Positions 47,629 to 57,103 of a stretch of 64,000 nucleotides of DNA are shown here, piece by piece. Source of the DNA: an uncultured Bacteroidales bacterium (lineage in GTDB: Bacteria; Bacteroidota; Bacteroidia; Bacteroidales; VadinHA17); the NCBI GenBank assembly GCA_963753495.1, contig CAVWCO010000022.1, forward strand, positions 214,436 to 278,435, written 5' to 3'. The notes under the pieces are model-generated. The model made no database searches. It had not been told where the DNA came from and worked only from the letters and a program-made list of their open reading frames with translations. The first letter of the stretch is position 1; each line of letters starts with the position of its first letter. The position numbers and the translations under genes were made by a program.

Positions 47629-48903
47629 ATGCTTACAATAAACCTGATCCGGGAAAAGAAAGAATTTATAATCGAAAGGCTTAAAATAAAGAATTTTGAA
47701 GCTGAAGATATACTTGATAAAATCATTTCGCTCGATTCGTCGCGCCGTGAGATTCAATTGAAGAGCGATTCGATGCAGGCAGAGATGAACCGTATCTCGA
47801 AAGAAATCGGCACCCTGATGAAAGAGGGCCGTAAGCCTGAAGCAGATGCTGAGCGCGAAAAAACATATTCACTAAAGGAAGAGATTAAGGTACTTACTGA
47901 TAAGCTTTTACCCCTGGAAAACGAATTAAAAAATGAGATTATCCGCTTGCCGAATCTGCCTCATGAATCAGTTGCAAAGGGTTTTGGTGCAGATAATAAT
48001 GTAAAAGTAAGGGAAGGCGGATCGATTCCTTTGCTGCCCGATTCAGCGCTTCCTCACTGGGAGCTTATTAAGAAATATGATATTATTGATTTTGAACTTG
48101 GTATAAAGCTGACAGGTGCAGGGTTTCCGGTTTATAAAGGTAAAGGTGCAAAACTCGAAAGAGCCCTTATAAGTTTCTTCCTTGATGAAGGAGTTAAAGC
48201 CGGTTATACTGAAATGATGCCTCCTATCATGGTAAATGAGGATTCAGGATTTGGAACAGGCCAGCTGCCTGATAAAGAGGGCCAGATGTACAATGTGGGC
48301 CTCGACAGTTTTTACCTCATTCCAACTGCAGAAGTACCGGTGACAAATATTTACAGGGATGTAATACTGAACGCCGATCAGCTTCCGGTTAAAAATGTTG
48401 CCTATACTCCATGTTTCAGAAGGGAAGCCGGATCGTGGGGAGCACATGTAAGGGGTCTTAACAGGCTTCATCAGTTTGATAAGGTTGAAATTGTGCAGAT
48501 TGCACATCCCGATCATTCATATGAATCGCTCGACCAAATGGTTAATCACGTCGAAAGCCTGGTGTCCGGCCTTGACCTTCCATATCGTATAATGAGGCTT
48601 TGCGGAGGTGACATGTCGTTTACTTCAGCTTTAACATACGATTTCGAGGTGTGGTCGGCTGCCCAGAAAAGATGGCTTGAAGTAAGTTCGGTTTCTAATT
48701 TTGAATCGTTCCAGGCTAACCGCCTGAAATGCAGGTTTAAAGAGAAGGGCGATAAGCAAACACGGCTCGTGCATACCCTTAACGGAAGTGCCCTCGCATT
48801 GCCAAGGATTGTTGCTGCAATACTTGAAAACAACCAGACGGAGAAGGGAATTAAAATACCGGCTGTTCTTGTTCCTTATACAGGTTTTGATATAATAAAC
48901 TGA
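47629..48903 (+). CDS. serS: Seryl-tRNA synthetase
   Basis: 424 aa. N-terminal coiled-coil arm and class II motifs (CFRREAGS, LNGSALA). Confidence 0.95.
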   Translation: MLTINLIREKKEFIIERLKIKNFEAEDILDKIISLDSSRREIQLKSDSMQAEMNRISKEIGTLMKEGRKPEADAEREKTYSLKEEIKVLTDKLLPLENELKNEIIRLPNLPHESVAKGFGADNNVKVREGGSIPLLPDSALPHWELIKKYDIIDFELGIKLTGAGFPVYKGKGAKLERALISFFLDEGVKAGYTEMMPPIMVNEDSGFGTGQLPDKEGQMYNVGLDSFYLIPTAEVPVTNIYRDVILNADQLPVKNVAYTPCFRREAGSWGAHVRGLNRLHQFDKVEIVQIAHPDHSYESLDQMVNHVESLVSGLDLPYRIMRLCGGDMSFTSALTYDFEVWSAAQKRWLEVSSVSNFESFQANRLKCRFKEKGDKQTRLVHTLNGSALALPRIVAAILENNQTEKGIKIPAVLVPYTGFDIIN

Positions 48904-48926
48904 TTTGCTAATTGACTCTTTAAAAA

Positions 48927-48960
48927 TCCTTTGTGAACCTTAGTGTCATCCCTGGTGTGA
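48927..48960. repeat. Three tandem 11-12-nt CYTNGTG units (CACRRAG family, reverse orientation) downstream of serS
   Basis: tcctttgtgaa ccttagtgtca tccctggtgtga, followed by cttttt. Confidence 0.5.
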
Positions 48961-48974
48961 CTTTTTAGTAAAGA

Positions 48975-49863
48975 ATGGATAAGACCCGTCAGTCATATAT
49001 CTATGCCGGACTTGCAATATTTTTCTGGTCCACAATACCGACAGCTTTCAAGATAAGCCTGGGAGAGCTCGCTATTCTCCCGGTGCTTACAATTGCCTCC
49101 GTTACTTCAACCCTTGCACTTTTTCTTATTATTCTATCTGAAAGGAAGGAAGGTCATTTAAGAAAGAGCTCAGCCCGGCGATCTTATCAGTTCGGCTTTG
49201 CTTGGCCTTATAAATCCGTTCCTCTACTATTTAATCCTCCTGAAAGCGTACCAGCTTCTCCCTGCACAGGTAGCACAGCCGCTTAACATGATATGGCCGA
49301 TAATACTGGTTTTCTTATCTGTGCCCATTTTAAAACAGAGAATAGGGAAAAAGAGTTTTGTGGCTCTCTTCATTTCATTTATCGGAGTATATATTATTTC
49401 GTCGCAGGGAAATCTTTTTAACCCCGGGCATGCTGACCTGTTAGGTGTTTTTCTTGCGACAGGAAGCTCGGTATTCTGGGCTTTTTACTTTATCCTGAAT
49501 GTGAAAGATAAAAGGGACGAAGCAGTAAAACTATTTATGAATTTTTTGTTTGGCTCCATTTATCTGATTGCCGCTGTAATTATTACAGGTAAGTGGCCTG
49601 ACTATATAGGTTTCAAGGGAATTGTCTCATCGGTTTATATTGGCTTGTTTGAAATGGGAATCACTTTCTTTTTCTGGCTTAAAGCTCTTCAGCTGTCGCA
49701 AACCACTGATAAAGTGAGCAATCTGGTATATCTTGCCCCCTTTCTTTCGCTGATTTTTGTTCATTTTATTCTTCATGAACCTGTTTATTATACAACTCTG
49801 GCAGGATTATTGCTGATCATTTCGGGAATTTTCATCCAGAACAAAAAAGTAAAAAATACTTAA
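48975..49863 (+). pseudogene. EamA/DMT-family transporter, split by a 1-nt frameshift (as assembled)
   Basis: ORF 48975..49286 has an N-terminal EamA repeat. After about 49175 the membrane-protein sequence DLISSALLGLINPFLYYLILLKAYQLLPAQ continues in the +1 frame (ORF 49198..49863). Confidence 0.75.
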
Positions 49864-49912
49864 ATTATTATTTTTGCGTCCCGGATAAATTTTATTAAAG
49901 ATCATTTTACGT

Positions 49913-51250
49913 ATGAAAAAACTGATATTACTGACAATATTGATTTCTGCCCTGATATCATCATGTAAAAAGGATGAAGAGGAACCACCTCTTGTAACAG
50001 GGGTTACCGATGCCATGGCACGGGATTCTCTGTACTATATAATGAGGCAGTGGTACTACTGGTATGATGTGATGCCTGTAGTAAAGAAAGAGGATTACAA
50101 AGATCCTTATGAAATTCTCGAGGCCATGAGATACAAAACTTTTGATAAGTGGAGCTTTGTGGCTGATTATGATGAATTCACGGCTGAGATGCAGGGTGAA
50201 TTTGTAGGACATGGAATCAGGATTGGAGTTGATGATGATTTAAAGGCAAGGATTGCCATGATCTATTCAAAATCACCGCTTTATGCACAGGGAGTCCGTC
50301 GCGGCTGGATTGTAAAAAGCGTTAACGGGATCAATATCGCGCAAACCCTTATTGATGGTGATGCCAATGCATATAATAATGCTATGGGGCCAAGTACAGC
50401 AGGAGTTACAAACAAATTTGTTTTTGTGAAACCTGATCTTACTGAAGTTGAAATATCATCGACAAAAAGCTCATTTATAACTAATTCGGTCATTCACTAT
50501 GATACCCTTAAGCTCGCATCAGGGATAACGGGTCACCTGGTTTTTGAATCATTTATTGAGCCATCGCCTAAAGAACTCGCTATAGCTTTTGATTTCTTCG
50601 AAGCAAGTAACATCAAAGATCTTATTCTTGATCTGAGATATAACTCAGGAGGGTATCTCTCTGTTGCCGGTACCCTTGCAAGTGAAATTGCAGGGAAAAC
50701 CCAGGTCAGTCCCGGTTCCGTTTTCACGACTCTTAAGTACAATAGCAAGAATCAGAACCAAAATTACTCTTTCAAGTATGAAAACTCACAGAACAACCTT
50801 TCATTAACAAGGGTGGTTGTGATTTCTTCGAGGCTGACAGCTTCAGCAAGTGAAGCAGTAATGAATGGACTCAAACCTTATATGAGTGTGATCAGCATTG
50901 GAGATACAACAAGCGGGAAACCTGTCGGAATGAACGGATGGCCGGTAGCGGAAAAATATTTTTATTGGCCCATAACTTTTAAGATGGTAAATAAAAATAA
51001 CGAAGGAGACTATTTTAATGGTATACCACCGGATAAAGCAGTTCCGGACGATATTACGCATGACTTTGATGACAGAAATGAGCTTTGTCTCAAAGAGGCA
51101 ATTAATTACCTCGAAAAAGGATCATTTTCTTCAAAAAGAGCTTCTGTATTTTATCGTCATCCGCAATATTCTGAAAAACCTGCATGGATGAACAACGGGT
51201 TTTTACTTGATAATGAATCGTCTATCGTAAAAAAGCTTGAAAAAGAATAA
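49913..51250 (+). CDS. S41-family (tail-specific protease-like) peptidase lipoprotein
   Basis: 445 aa. Lipobox ISSCKKD. LILDLRYNSGGYL and TASASE regions typical of S41. Confidence 0.75.
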   Translation: MKKLILLTILISALISSCKKDEEEPPLVTGVTDAMARDSLYYIMRQWYYWYDVMPVVKKEDYKDPYEILEAMRYKTFDKWSFVADYDEFTAEMQGEFVGHGIRIGVDDDLKARIAMIYSKSPLYAQGVRRGWIVKSVNGINIAQTLIDGDANAYNNAMGPSTAGVTNKFVFVKPDLTEVEISSTKSSFITNSVIHYDTLKLASGITGHLVFESFIEPSPKELAIAFDFFEASNIKDLILDLRYNSGGYLSVAGTLASEIAGKTQVSPGSVFTTLKYNSKNQNQNYSFKYENSQNNLSLTRVVVISSRLTASASEAVMNGLKPYMSVISIGDTTSGKPVGMNGWPVAEKYFYWPITFKMVNKNNEGDYFNGIPPDKAVPDDITHDFDDRNELCLKEAINYLEKGSFSSKRASVFYRHPQYSEKPAWMNNGFLLDNESSIVKKLEKE

Positions 51251-51803
51251 GAAGGAGAGGATAATTCTCGGTATTGACCCCGGCACAAGTATTACCGGAT
51301 ACGGATTAATTAAAACAGTAGGTCCCGATCCCGAACTGATAACAATCGGCTCCATCGATCTTTCAAAATTTGATGACCATTATCTCAAGCTCAAGCATAT
51401 CTTCGACAGGACAGTCGGAATAATCGAGGAATATCATCCTGATGAACTTGCCATTGAAGCCCCTTTCTACGGGAAGAATGTTCAGTCGATGTTAAAACTG
51501 GGCAGGGCACAGGGCGCCGCTATAGCCGCAGCTCTGAGCCGTTCCGTTCCGATATTCGAATACGCACCGAGAAAAATAAAAATGTCAATAACCGGAAGAG
51601 GGTCAGCTTCTAAAGAACAGGTAGCTGCAATGCTTATGCAGATACTTAAATTCAGCAAAATTGAAGTAAAGCTTGATGCCACCGACGGACTGGCAGCGGC
51701 ATTATGTCATTTTTACCAGACAAATGCCCCTGCAACGGGTAAAAGTTTTAACAGCTGGAAGGATTTCATTAATAAAAATCCTAAAAGGATTAAAAAGCAA
51801 TAG
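51237..51803 (+). CDS. ruvC: Holliday junction resolvase RuvC
   Basis: 188 aa. ILGIDPGT and DATDGLAAALCH catalytic acidic motifs. Confidence 0.9.
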   Translation: MKKNKKERIILGIDPGTSITGYGLIKTVGPDPELITIGSIDLSKFDDHYLKLKHIFDRTVGIIEEYHPDELAIEAPFYGKNVQSMLKLGRAQGAAIAAALSRSVPIFEYAPRKIKMSITGRGSASKEQVAAMLMQILKFSKIEVKLDATDGLAAALCHFYQTNAPATGKSFNSWKDFINKNPKRIKKQ

Positions 51804-51807
51804 AGCT

Positions 51808-52512
51808 TCATATCACAGAATAGGCCAGTGCTGCAACGCTGACTTTCACATTTTCAACTTTTAGCAATTCACTGGCACATGCTTCCATGGTCGACCCGGT
51901 GGTGATCACATCATCAACCAGGAGGATATGCATGTCCTCTGATCCTGTCCTGATCTGTGACCCTGAAAATATCCTCAACATTGATCCATCGGTCATATCT
52001 TGATTTTGCGGGTCTGGGTCTTTGAAACAGTTTTCCGTACCAGTAAATCCGATTCCATTGGGATACCTGAAACTTCGGATATACCCAGTGAGATCAGGTC
52101 ACTCTGATTAAAACCCCGTATGCCTTTTTTTTGAAGGATGAAGGGGAACCGGTATTATCAGATCGATATCATTCAGGAACCCGGAAGATTTAAGCGTCCT
52201 TGCATAAATCCGCCCAAGTTCAGAACCAATTTCCCTGATACCTTTATACTTAAGCTGATGGATAAGTTTCCTTATCCTGCTGTCCCTGGTATAAAATGAA
52301 AAGGCGGCAGCTTGTTCAATCATGCACCTGCCCCAGAACAGCTGTGAGACCGGATTATCAGTTTTCAGGTGATAATTGGTTCTTGGGATCAGGATATAGC
52401 ATTCCGTGCAGATAAGCTTTTCATTCCTCATCAGATGGTTGCCGCAGCCATAACAAAGACGGGGAAAGAGAAGACTTATAAAATCGTCCCACAAATCATA
52501 AAAGTAACTCAT
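51808..52512 (-). pseudogene. comF: ComF-family phosphoribosyltransferase protein, broken by three frameshifts
   Basis: N-terminal zinc-finger part CYGCGN...CTEC (ORF 52108..52512). Middle part GFNQSDLISLGISEVSGIPMES...TQTRK, then SRYDRWINVEDIFRV in two other frames. C-terminal PRT motif ILLVDDVITTGST (ORF 51808..51996). Confidence 0.75.
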
Positions 52513-52581
52513 GCAGCGAGCTGAATTATTCTTATAAAGATATAAAATGGAATGAAAAGTCCTGTAAGATCTGAGCCTGAA

Positions 52582-52980
52582 TTATAATTTCACCTTTTCG
52601 CTTATCCTCTTTGCGATTTTAGCAAACTCTTCAGGAGTGAATTTAAGTTTGGGATTTTTAAAATTAAGATCGCCCATGGTATTCATCGGAACCAGATGAA
52701 TATGTGCATGAGGAACTTCCAGACCAAGAACAGCAACCCCAATCCGGGCGCAGGGGATTGCCTTTTCAATAGCCAGGGCAACCTTTTTGGAGAACAGAAT
52801 CATTCCTGAAAGGTCATTGTCACTTAGGTCGAAAATATAGTCAGTTTCAGTTTTGGGAACCACCAGGGTATGACCAGCCATAAGGGGATTTATGTCGAGA
52901 AAAGCAAAATACCTTTCATCCTCGGCGATCTTATAGCATGGGATCTCCCCCTTGATTATCTTAGTAAAAATTGTTGCCAT
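52582..52980 (-). CDS. HIT-family nucleotide hydrolase
   Basis: 132 aa. Histidine triad HAHIHLVP. Confidence 0.85.
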   Translation of the reverse strand: MATIFTKIIKGEIPCYKIAEDERYFAFLDINPLMAGHTLVVPKTETDYIFDLSDNDLSGMILFSKKVALAIEKAIPCARIGVAVLGLEVPHAHIHLVPMNTMGDLNFKNPKLKFTPEEFAKIAKRISEKVKL

Positions 52981-52992
52981 TTTACCTGGTTT

Positions 52993-53469
52993 TTATTGTG
53001 TGGAAATTGAAAGGATCTCAAACGGTATAATACCGGAAGGAACTTTTATCTGAACTGAATCCCCTACTTTTTTGCCAATAAGACCCATGGCAATGGGGGA
53101 ACTGATTGCGATTTTTCCAAGCTTAAAGTTCGCCTCACTTTCAGGAACAATCTGATATTCCATCACACTGTTGTTTGTCTTGTTCTTGATTTTTACCTTA
53201 TTGAGAATCCTGACGGTAGAAGTGTCGATTTTTGACTCATCGATTATCCTGGAACGGGTAATAATATTTTCCATCTTTGAAATCTTCATCTCAAGCATTC
53301 CCTGTGCTTCCTTAGCGGCAGCATACTCAGCATTTTCAGAAAGATCCCCTTTGTCCCTGGCCTCTGCTATCATTTTGGATATCATCGGCCTCTCAACCAA
53401 TCTCAGCTGATCTAGTTCTTCTTTCAGCTTCTTCAGTCCATCTTCTGTTATGTAAATGATATCTGACAT
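52993..53469 (-). CDS. greA: Transcription elongation factor GreA
   Basis: 158 aa. DLSENAEYAAAKEAQ coiled-coil finger and a C-terminal globular domain. Confidence 0.9.
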   Translation of the reverse strand: MSDIIYITEDGLKKLKEELDQLRLVERPMISKMIAEARDKGDLSENAEYAAAKEAQGMLEMKISKMENIITRSRIIDESKIDTSTVRILNKVKIKNKTNNSVMEYQIVPESEANFKLGKIAISSPIAMGLIGKKVGDSVQIKVPSGIIPFEILSISTQ

Positions 53470-53612
53470 TTTCTTCTCTTACAGTTAAAAAATAAGAAGA
53501 ATCCCGGGAATCCCGGAACTCTTCAGTAACAAATATATAAAATCTTTAAATAATTACCAAATAAAATAGCTGAAAATGTGTATAGTACAATTGTTTATCA
53601 CTCAAATCCCTG

Positions 53613-53999
53613 TCAATTGTATTTTTTACCGGTCTTCCTTGCCGCTTGCTTGTTCCGTTTTTTCTTTTCTTTATATTTTAAATCAGCTTCTTTCCTGTTA
53701 TTAATCATGCGGGCTTGCACTTCCGGCGACTGAATTTTCAGTGCTCGTTTCCGCTCTTCCTTAATATAAGCCTCATATGCTTTTTTATATTTTTTCTCGT
53801 TTGCTGCCTGTTTCTTTTTTGCCCTTACGACACTGGGGGATTCTTTGTATTTTACAGACTTGTTATTCAATGACTTTCCAAACAATGCCCTTTCAGGATT
53901 ATTTATTTTCCCTTTCGATTTTTGAGCTTCGCACACAGAAAAAGATAATGATATTATCAGTAAAAGCAGAATCAGCTTTTTTATCTGATGGTTCTTCAT
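53613..53999 (-). CDS. Hypothetical secreted Lys-rich protein
   Basis: 128 aa. Signal peptide (cleavage near CEAQ), then a highly basic low-complexity sequence. Confidence 0.45.
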   Translation of the reverse strand: MKNHQIKKLILLLLIISLSFSVCEAQKSKGKINNPERALFGKSLNNKSVKYKESPSVVRAKKKQAANEKKYKKAYEAYIKEERKRALKIQSPEVQARMINNRKEADLKYKEKKKRNKQAARKTGKKYN

Positions 54000-54087
54000 G
54001 CTTTGTTTAGTAAATTAAATGTGCAAAGTTGTTGATTTATAAACTGTAATACTATTTTTGTTCCGTTAAATAATAACGCAGAATGGT

Positions 54088-54564
54088 ATGATGGAATATT
54101 TAAAAACAAGACTTTTTTTTATAGCCGTAATATATTTATTGGTACTTAGTTCCTGTAAAAGTAGTGATAATGATATAATTCCGGATGTTTTTGTCGATTT
54201 CACCATCGACCTGCTCGATCCGGAATTTGTTAATCTCTCCGCAATAGGCAATTCCGATACCATTGATGCTTCAACGCATAACTGGGGTTACAGATCAGCA
54301 GGATATGACAACAACGGAATAATCATTTACAGTGGTCCCGGTGAATACTTTGCTTTTGACCGTACATGTCCGCACGATTATGCGGTTAATGATCTGAGTA
54401 TCAAGGTAAAAATCGATTTTGCTGTTGCCGTATGCCCTGTTTGCGGCACTCAGTATGCTCTTTCAGCCTATGGCACTCCCATATCAGGTGTCGGAAAATA
54501 TCAGCTGAAAAACTATAAAACCAGCTTTGATAGCGACAGGTATATAAGAGTTTGGAATGAGTGA
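54088..54564 (+). CDS. Hypothetical lipoprotein with a Rieske-like Cys/His spacing
   Basis: 158 aa. Lipobox VLSSCKS. CPH-x19-CPVCG in the C-terminal half. Confidence 0.5.
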   Translation: MMEYLKTRLFFIAVIYLLVLSSCKSSDNDIIPDVFVDFTIDLLDPEFVNLSAIGNSDTIDASTHNWGYRSAGYDNNGIIIYSGPGEYFAFDRTCPHDYAVNDLSIKVKIDFAVAVCPVCGTQYALSAYGTPISGVGKYQLKNYKTSFDSDRYIRVWNE

Positions 54565-54590
54565 CCTATAAGGGGCCGGGGGATGAGGCA

Positions 54591-56006
54591 TTAATATCTG
54601 TAATGATCCGGTTTAAACGGTCCGCTCTGGTCTACCCCAATATAATCAGCCTGCTCTTTTGTAAGTTTCGTCAGCTTAACGCCCAGCTGATCAAGGTGCA
54701 GCCTTGCTACCTCTTCATCGAGATATTTGGGAAGTCTGTAAACTCCGATCTTATATTTATTCTTCCAAAGGTCAATCTGTGCTAATGTCTGATTGCTGAA
54801 TGAGTTGCTCATAACAAACGAAGGATGACCTGTTGCACAGCCAAGATTGACAAGACGTCCTTCGGCAAGAAGGAAGATGGCGTGTCCGTCGGGAAAAACA
54901 TATTTATCAACCTGCGGTTTTATATTGATTTTCTGAATACCCTTAAGGTTGTTAAGCCCGTCGACCTGGATCTCATTATCAAAGTGGCCAATGTTGCATA
55001 CAATTGCCTGATCCTTCATTTTCATCATATGATCGGTCTTTATTATATCCATGTTCCCTGTTGCAGTAACATAAATATTGCCCTCGTCAAGAGTATCTTC
55101 AACAGTTTTCACTTCAAAGCCTTCCATTGATGCCTGCAAAGCGCAGATGGGATCAATTTCGGTGACGATAACCCTTGCGCCATATGCTCTCATTGATTTT
55201 GCGCAACCTTTGCCAACATCTCCATAGCCGCATACAACAACTACCTTACCTGCTATCATCACATCGGTTGCTCTCTTCAATCCGTCTGCCAGCGATTCGC
55301 GGCAACCGTACAGATTATCAAATTTTGATTTCGTTACAGAGTCATTTACATTAATTGCAGGAACAAGAAGTTCACCGTTCTCCATCATCTGATAGAGTCT
55401 GTGCACCCCTGTTGTGGTCTCTTCGGAGATTCCTGTAAGCTCGCTCACCGTCCTGTGCCATTTACCGGGCTCCTGTACAAGTAATTCTTTTAAAGTCTTA
55501 AATATTATTGCTTCTTCCGTGCTTGAAGGTTTCTTATCCAGAATTGCGGGATCATTTTCAGCTTTGTAACCAAGGTGTACAAGCAATGAAGCATCCCCTC
55601 CATCATCAACAATAAGGTTTGGCCCTTCTCCATCAGGGAATGATAAAGCTTGTGCAGTGCACCACCAGTATTCCTCAAGCGATTCACCCTTCCATGCAAA
55701 CACAGGAATTCCCATTACTGCAATTGCTGCAGCTGCATGATCCTGAGTGGAAAAAATATTGCAGCTTGCCCAACGGACATCCGCTCCCAGCTCAGCAAGA
55801 GTTTCAATCAGAACAGCAGTCTGGATTGTCATGTGAAGCGATCCTGTTATCCTTGCACCTTTAAGAGGCTTTTCTGCTGAGTATTTCTTCCTTATAGCCA
55901 GAAGCCCTGGCATCTCTTTTTCGGCAATCTCAATCTCTTTCCTTCCGAAAGATGCCAGAGAAATATCTTTTACAGCGTAAAGTTTATTATCGGTAGTCAC
56001 GTTCAT
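54591..56006 (-). CDS. ahcY: Adenosylhomocysteinase
   Basis: 471 aa. NAD-binding [12 protein letters not shown] and HFDNEI. Confidence 0.95.
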   Translation of the reverse strand: MNVTTDNKLYAVKDISLASFGRKEIEIAEKEMPGLLAIRKKYSAEKPLKGARITGSLHMTIQTAVLIETLAELGADVRWASCNIFSTQDHAAAAIAVMGIPVFAWKGESLEEYWWCTAQALSFPDGEGPNLIVDDGGDASLLVHLGYKAENDPAILDKKPSSTEEAIIFKTLKELLVQEPGKWHRTVSELTGISEETTTGVHRLYQMMENGELLVPAINVNDSVTKSKFDNLYGCRESLADGLKRATDVMIAGKVVVVCGYGDVGKGCAKSMRAYGARVIVTEIDPICALQASMEGFEVKTVEDTLDEGNIYVTATGNMDIIKTDHMMKMKDQAIVCNIGHFDNEIQVDGLNNLKGIQKINIKPQVDKYVFPDGHAIFLLAEGRLVNLGCATGHPSFVMSNSFSNQTLAQIDLWKNKYKIGVYRLPKYLDEEVARLHLDQLGVKLTKLTKEQADYIGVDQSGPFKPDHYRY

Positions 56007-56037
56007 CAGTCTATTTTTTAATTGATTTTAGGAATGC

Positions 56038-56045
56038 AAAGTTAA
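56038..56045 (-). promoter_or_regulatory. Candidate -7 box (TAnnTTTG on the minus strand) for ahcY
   Basis: Plus-strand caaagtta equals minus-strand taactttg, 32 nt upstream of the ATG at 56006. Confidence 0.3.
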
Positions 56046-56066
56046 CAATTAATTCATTGACATTGT

Positions 56067-56996
56067 TCAGGAAAGCAATCTCACTGCTTCCTGTTTATCA
56101 AGTATCATTTGATTTGCAAGCTGTTCTGTATTATCAAATCTCTTCTCGTCCCTGAGCCTGAACCTGAAGATTACGGTAATAGTCTGACTGTAAAGATCAC
56201 CGTCAAAATCAAAAATGTGAACTTCAATTGACCTGCTGCCCTTAATTTTATTTACAGTCGGATTGAATCCGATACTAAGAACTCCCTGTAACTGACCGTT
56301 GCCAGTCAGAACTTCAACAGCATAAACCCCGTCGGCAGGTATCAGTTTATAATTGTCAGCCGGTTTTATGTTTGCAGTCGGAAATCCTAACAGACGTCCA
56401 AGCTTCCTGCCATGAACCACACTCCCTGTTAAAGTATAATTATATCCCAGCCATCTGTTGGCATCTTCAAGCATACCATTGAGAAGCGCATTCCTGATGG
56501 CTGTCGAACTTATGACTCCATCACCTTCAAATACTTTGTCCGACTGTTCCACTGAAAAATCAAATAATTCAGCACACTCCATGATCTTCGTCATATCACC
56601 TGATTTGTTCTTACCGATATGGTTGTCATATCCAACAATGAGATGATTTACCCCGATCCTGCTTACCAGAATTTCCCGAATGAAATCAGAGGCTTCCATG
56701 TTACTGAAATCTTTGCTGAACTTTATGATTACCATATGGTCGATTTTAAGTTCAGCAAGGAGCTTTTTCTTTTCTTCAAGAGTTGAAAGGAAAGAGATGC
56801 CTTTGGTTTTCTCTGACAAAACCAGCCTGGGATGGGGATCAAAGGTTATGACCACTGATTCTCCCCCCGTCTGCCCTGCTCTTGAAACAACATGGTCGAG
56901 AAGATGCCTGTGACCAAGATGCACACCATCAAATACTCCGATAGTGACAACAGGGTGAACCAGATTAAGGTCATCATATTCCTCATGAATAAACAT
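56067..56996 (-). CDS. ribF: Bifunctional riboflavin kinase / FMN adenylyltransferase
   Basis: 309 aa. GVFDGVHLGH, plus the C-terminal kinase domain (GFPTANI). Confidence 0.9.
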   Translation of the reverse strand: MFIHEEYDDLNLVHPVVTIGVFDGVHLGHRHLLDHVVSRAGQTGGESVVITFDPHPRLVLSEKTKGISFLSTLEEKKKLLAELKIDHMVIIKFSKDFSNMEASDFIREILVSRIGVNHLIVGYDNHIGKNKSGDMTKIMECAELFDFSVEQSDKVFEGDGVISSTAIRNALLNGMLEDANRWLGYNYTLTGSVVHGRKLGRLLGFPTANIKPADNYKLIPADGVYAVEVLTGNGQLQGVLSIGFNPTVNKIKGSRSIEVHIFDFDGDLYSQTITVIFRFRLRDEKRFDNTEQLANQMILDKQEAVRLLS

Positions 56997-57103
56997 TCTT
57001 TCCAGTTTTACGGCTGTAAATTTAGTAAAGCCTGTGAAAATGTAATTATTAAGTGATTTAGTTTTCGTAATTTTATAGAAAGTAACTGATTCAATAAATT
57101 ATT

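Noticed and set aside
53497-53520. gaatcccgggaatcccgga (tandem 9-mer with the palindrome TCCCGGGA) between the Lys-rich gene and greA, considered as a regulatory site.
   Set aside because: It has only two copies. It is most simply a weak terminator hairpin (ccggg att cccgg) for the upstream minus-strand gene. Nothing further supports a regulatory role.
56007-56066. Possible SAH riboswitch upstream of ahcY.
   Set aside because: The leader is only 60 nt and AT-rich. It has no GC-rich pseudoknot-forming segments. It contains only a -7-box-like motif.
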